Assembly (NCBI RefSeq): GCF_006345805.1
Contig: NW_021831912.1
Coordinates: 1 to 38,645, forward strand
Length of the DNA stretch: 38,645 nt
Reading direction: 5' to 3'
Source: Octopus sinensis
Lineage: Eukaryota
The notes beneath the pieces are model-generated. The model was not told where the DNA came from, searched no databases, and saw only the letters and a list, made by a program, of their open reading frames with translations. The first letter of the stretch is position 1. Every line of letters begins with the position of its first letter. Made by a program: the position numbers and the translations under genes. Shown in pieces: positions 34,079-38,645 of the stretch.

Positions 34079-34816
34079 CATACATATATATTATATATAC
34101 ATATAACATACACACACATACATACATATACATATATATACATACACATATATATACAAATACACATACACATACATGCAAACACGCAAACACACGCACA
34201 CCTATATCTACACATATATATATAAATATACACACCCATACACACACACATATATTTTTTTTTTCTTCTCTCCTCATCTTCCTCCCTTATTTTATTTTTA
34301 TTTTTATTTTCCCTTGACCGTCTTCCAGATATAATATATGACCTACCTACACGCCGACACACATTTAGTGGCGCTAGAGTAGACAAACGCCAAAAGTTCC
34401 TAGGATTCCCCAGGGTTCCAGCAGGCCTAATGGAATCCATCTACCGCTCCCCTCTCCCTTCCTTTCTATCTCTTTACCCACGGATACAAACGCAAACACT
34501 CACACACACTCACGCGCACACTCATACACATACACAAACACACATGTTCTCTCACTCATTACCTCCTCATCCACTTATACATATGTATATATCTCTCTCT
34601 ACATTGAGGTTGTGTTAACCGCACGTGGAGAAATGATAGGAAAGGAAAAATTACAAGGCAGAATGCTAAATTGAAAGTAAATTTTAATAAAAATGGGTGT
34701 ATGAAAAATTAAGAAAGAAAAAAAAATTAATCAGACCAGCTTTCATTACAAGGCAAATTTTCAAAATTTGGAATGTATGCATGTATGTTATATATAATAT
34801 ATAATATATATTATAT

Positions 34817-34885
<69 letters not shown>

Positions 34886-35438
34886 CATACATAATAACAT
34901 ACATACATACATACATACATACATACATACATACATACATACATACATACATACATGCATATATACAAACATATACAGGAATCTTTCGTTTTACGGAAGT
35001 TACGCGTTCCTGAAAATTTGGCCGTAACACGGAAACTCTAAGTGTAGATTTAGCCTTCCTATCAACTGTTTTCATAAGTTGTTTGAAAGGTCTCTTATAA
35101 TATATCTTGAAGTCAACTAACACACCTTGAACCATTGGCTGGAGCAAAGAAGTTATATTCTTGGGGGATATATTCCGATCTCACATTATCAAAAAGGTCC
35201 TCTAAGTTCGCTGGGAGACTCGGTACATTGTCTAAAGGAAGCAATACTTTATTGGAAATATTATGTCTGGCACTGTATCTTTTCTACAGCAGGACAAAAA
35301 TTTTTTTTAAAGTATGTAAATCATCCTTTGAAAAGGCTCTTAATCATCCATGCCATCTTATTTGAACGCCAAAATAGAAGTAGGTTAAACTTTGTGTAAC
35401 CCTTGCAAGCCCTTATATTTTCGGAGTGAATACATGTG

Positions 35439-35773
35439 AAGGCGCATGGCTCAGTGGTTAGAGCGTCGAACTTACGATCGTGAGGTTGTGAGCTCGAATC
35501 CCGGACCGGGCTGCGTGTTGTGTTCTTGAGCAAGACACTTTATTTCACGTTGCTCCAGTTCACTCAGCTGTAGAAATGAGTTGCGACGTCACAGGTGCCA
35601 AGCTGTATCGGCCTTTGTCTTTCCCTTGGATAACACTGGTGGCGTGGAGAGGGGAGGCCGGTATGCATGGGCGACTACTGGTCTTCCATAAAACAACCTT
35701 GCCCAGACTTGTGCCTCAGAGGGTAACTCTCTAGGTGCAAACCCATGGTCACATATGACCGAAGGGGGTCTTT
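35439..35773 (+). mobile_element. tRNA-derived SINE (family 3) with 8-bp TSD
   Basis: A box TGGCTCAGTGG, B-box-like GAGCTCGAATCC, central GTTCTTGAGCAAGACACTT..CCAGTTCACTCAGCTG. TSD TACATGTG at 35431-35438 and 35774-35781. Confidence 0.85.
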
Positions 35774-36172
35774 TACATGTGTAGGAGCTTTGATTTCATA
35801 TCACCGGTGGCATTTCCTTCCAAATGAAGCGCCAGGTCATTTTTGGAAGCTTAAAGTCCTGGTGTTGATTTTTCTTCTCTGGATATAAAAGTTTTAGTAG
35901 GTGTGCAGTCATTGTATACTTGCTCTGGTGCGTAGCCCCTTCAGCATTCATTTTTTTTTTTGACCAGGATAATTAATAGTAGCGTCTGAATTAGCCCCCG
36001 CAGTTTCACTGGTCATTTGTATGTTGTGCAAATTCATGCGCTACTTAAACCTTTCAAACCAGCCTTTACTAGAGAAATAAGAGTTTTTCATTAGAAATTT
36101 CATCTTATTTTGCAAATCGTCATAGAGACTTTTGGCTCTCTTTTGAATTACCACCATGTTTATCTGCACATT

Positions 36173-36452
36173 GTGGAGGCACATGGCCTAGTGGTTAGAG
36201 CAGCGGGTTCCAGTCTCAGGCTGGGTGATGTGTGTGTTTATGAGCGAAACACCTAAGCTCCACGAGGCTCCGGCAGAAGGTAATGGCGAACTTCTGCTGA
36301 CTATTTCTCCACAACTTTCTCTCACTCTTTCCTCCTGCATCTTTCAGCTCATCTGCGACGGACCGGCATACCGTCCAGGTGGGGAACCTATACGCCAAGG
36401 AAACCGGGAAACCGACCCTTATGAACCAGGCGTGGCTCGAGAAAGAACAAGC
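36173..36452 (+). mobile_element. tRNA-derived SINE (family 4, Meta/V-domain-like) with 13-bp TSD
   Basis: A box TGGCCTAGTGG with a deleted B box; TGCGACGGACCGGCATACCGTCCAGG..GAAACCGGG. TSD TTATC(T/A)GCACATT at 36160-36172 and 36453-36465. Confidence 0.75.
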
Positions 36453-37049
36453 TTATCAGCACATTACCCCGATTCTAAACCTATATTTCGTACACCCAGA
36501 AGTCATTCCGTTTAAGCTTTACGCTAGAACTATGGTGAAATTAAGGTCTGGGCTGTTAACGAAGCAGCTCCTTGAGTGCTTGATAGAGTTTTCTATCTGT
36601 TGTTACCTATTGTTCCTGCTGTAGACGTTGCAAGATTAAATGTTTTGGCAAATTAAGTTCTAGTTCCGCATCAAGACATTTTAAAACATCAAGTTTAATA
36701 TCCAGCGTAATCCCTTCACGGTCCCTTTCCGCACGACTGCCTCCAGTTTTACTTGATAGTTTCTTTCCAGACATTTTAAATTGAAGGCAAATCCAACAGC
36801 AGCGGCGATTAATTATCAACAGTAAATATGTAGTAAAAAGACACAACAAACAAACAAACAAAAAAAAAAATGGCCCAGTAAAGATTTGCTTTGTCGGAGC
36901 AGAAAATTCTTATTTCTATGGATGTAATAATGAAAATGAGATGAAAAGGTGAAGGTGTGAGGAAGAGAAAATACTGCATGATAACAGTTAGCTGAAGCCT
37001 CGGCGAATTTTGTTGGCAATTTGCCCCTTGCACTTCTGACTAAACAAAC

Positions 37050-37770
37050 ACACACACGCGCGCACACAATCGCACACACGCGCGCGCGCACTCATACACG
37101 ATCACTCACACACACTCGCGCACAGACTCGTACTCACACAGACAAACATTCATGCACACACACACACACACACACGCATATATACATGCATGCATACATA
37201 CATATATACATACAAGCACACGCATTCGCGCACAGTCGTACACACACACAGACGCATGCACACACATACATACATAAACACACAAAGACATACACGCACT
37301 TATACATAATCATTCATACACAAACACTCGCACACAGAATCGTACACACACACATGCACACACACACGCGCACACGCACACATACATAAATACACATAAC
37401 ACACGCACGCACTCATACACAGTCACTCACACACACGCGCGCACACATAATCTTAAGCACACACACACACACGCACAATACACAAACACACACAACACAC
37501 GCACAATACACATACACACACACACTCGCACACAGAATCGTACATACACACACAAACACACACACATACAACACACGCACGCGCTCATACACAATCATTT
37601 ATACACACACACTCGCGCACACACACATACACAAATATACACAGCACACGCACGCATTCATACACAATCACTCATACACACACACTTGCACACAGAATCG
37701 TACACACACACAACATACACGCGCACTCATACACAATCAATCACATACACACACTCGCACACAGAATTGT

Positions 37771-37804
<34 letters not shown>

Positions 37805-37820
37805 GCGCACACAAGCACAT
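37050..37820. repeat. Cryptic CA-derived minisatellite
   Basis: CTCGCACACAGAATCGTACACACACA variants recur at about 37115, 37327, 37525, 37686 and 37753. Confidence 0.75.
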
Positions 37821-38141
37821 GCCCCCACATGTGTAGACGTAGACGCTGATGTCTCTTGTAGCCAATTGGAGTCAAAAGTTCGTGGGATGGTGGTGTTGGC
37901 GTTATGAGTTGCATAGGCATCAATGTCAGTGCCGGTAGGTGGCGTGTATTGTTGGTGTCATAGTACCTTTATTGTTCTTACTAAATGTATTGTTGTGGGT
38001 GTTTAGTCTGAAATCAATCCTCATAGACCCAAGATCAAAGTCATTTCATTCAATTTTTAAAATACTCAGAGATAACACATTATATGTTCATATTTGAAAT
38101 ACAATATATAACTATTGCGTACACAGATACATACACACATA

Positions 38142-38221
<80 letters not shown>

Positions 38222-38227
38222 ATATAT

Positions 38228-38632
38228 AGGCGTAGGAGTGGCTGTGTGGTAAGTAGCTTGCTTACGAATCACATGGTTCCGGGTTCAGTCCCACTGTGTG
38301 GTACCTTGGGCAAGTGTCTTCTACTATAGCATCGGGCCGACCAAAGCCTTGTGAGTGGATTTGTTAAATGGAAACTGAAAAAATCCCGTCGTATATGTAT
38401 GTATATATATATATATACATATGCATGTGTGTACATGTTTGTGTGTCTGTGTTTGTCCCCCAACATCGCTTGAAAACCGATGCTGGTGTTCTTAGACGTT
38501 CGGCAAAAGAGACTGATAGAATAAGTACTAGGCTTACAAAGAATAAGTTCTGGGGTCGATTTGCTAGACTAAAAGGCGGTGGTCCAACATGGCCACAGTC
38601 AAATGACTGAAACAAGTAAAATAGTAAAAGAG
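38228..38632 (+). mobile_element. tRNA-derived SINE, family 1 (full length)
   Basis: AGGCGTAGGAGTGGCTGTGTGGTAAG head, B box GGTTCAGTCCC, complete 3' body. Confidence 0.9.
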
Positions 38633-38645
38633 TGTATATATATAT

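Larger units (their letters stand above)
34985..36775 (-). pseudogene. Decayed Tigger/pogo transposase interrupted by two SINEs
   Basis: ITLDIKLDVLK (HTH); SSKGWFERFK*RMNLHNI; GGYAPEQVYN; PTKTFISREEKSTPG-FKASK; WRSNKMAW; KVLLPLDNVP; TSLLQPMVQGVLVDFKIYY, in the expected order. Confidence 0.88.

Noticed and set aside
445-38615. Most ORFs in the six-frame track (YIYI, IHTY, VCVC, ERER, poly-S/L/Y)
   Set aside because: They are translations of microsatellites or antisense SINE sequence, with no domain signal.

Overview
AT-rich, repeat-dense eukaryotic non-coding DNA. The SINE sequences match those I recall from octopus genomes, so the host is probably an octopus (inference). No intact host protein-coding gene is supportable, and most listed ORFs are microsatellite translations. 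Recognisable content: about ten copies of one tRNA-derived SINE family, a second SINE family including a nested cluster at 30.5-31.5 kb, other tRNA-head SINEs, decayed mariner and Tigger/pogo transposases, three R4/Dong-like (RLE) LINE fragments, a Helitron-like element and a 143-bp hAT MITE with an 8-bp TSD. The main finding is about 15 type I hammerhead ribozyme (HHR) motifs, found by manual folding, roughly one per 2.6 kb. Seven are canonical or near-canonical and the rest are decayed. Nearly all have a palindromic stem III, many have a long structured stem II (54-93 nt), and the stem sequences differ between families while pairing is kept. They lie in ORF-less elements mostly next to (TA)n tracts. 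Several of these elements are foldbacks: a 1.33-kb near-perfect hairpin and a 676-bp inverted element each carry one HHR per arm. This looks like a diverse non-autonomous Penelope/retrozyme-like ribozyme element system. Catalytic activity and mobility are inferred, not shown.
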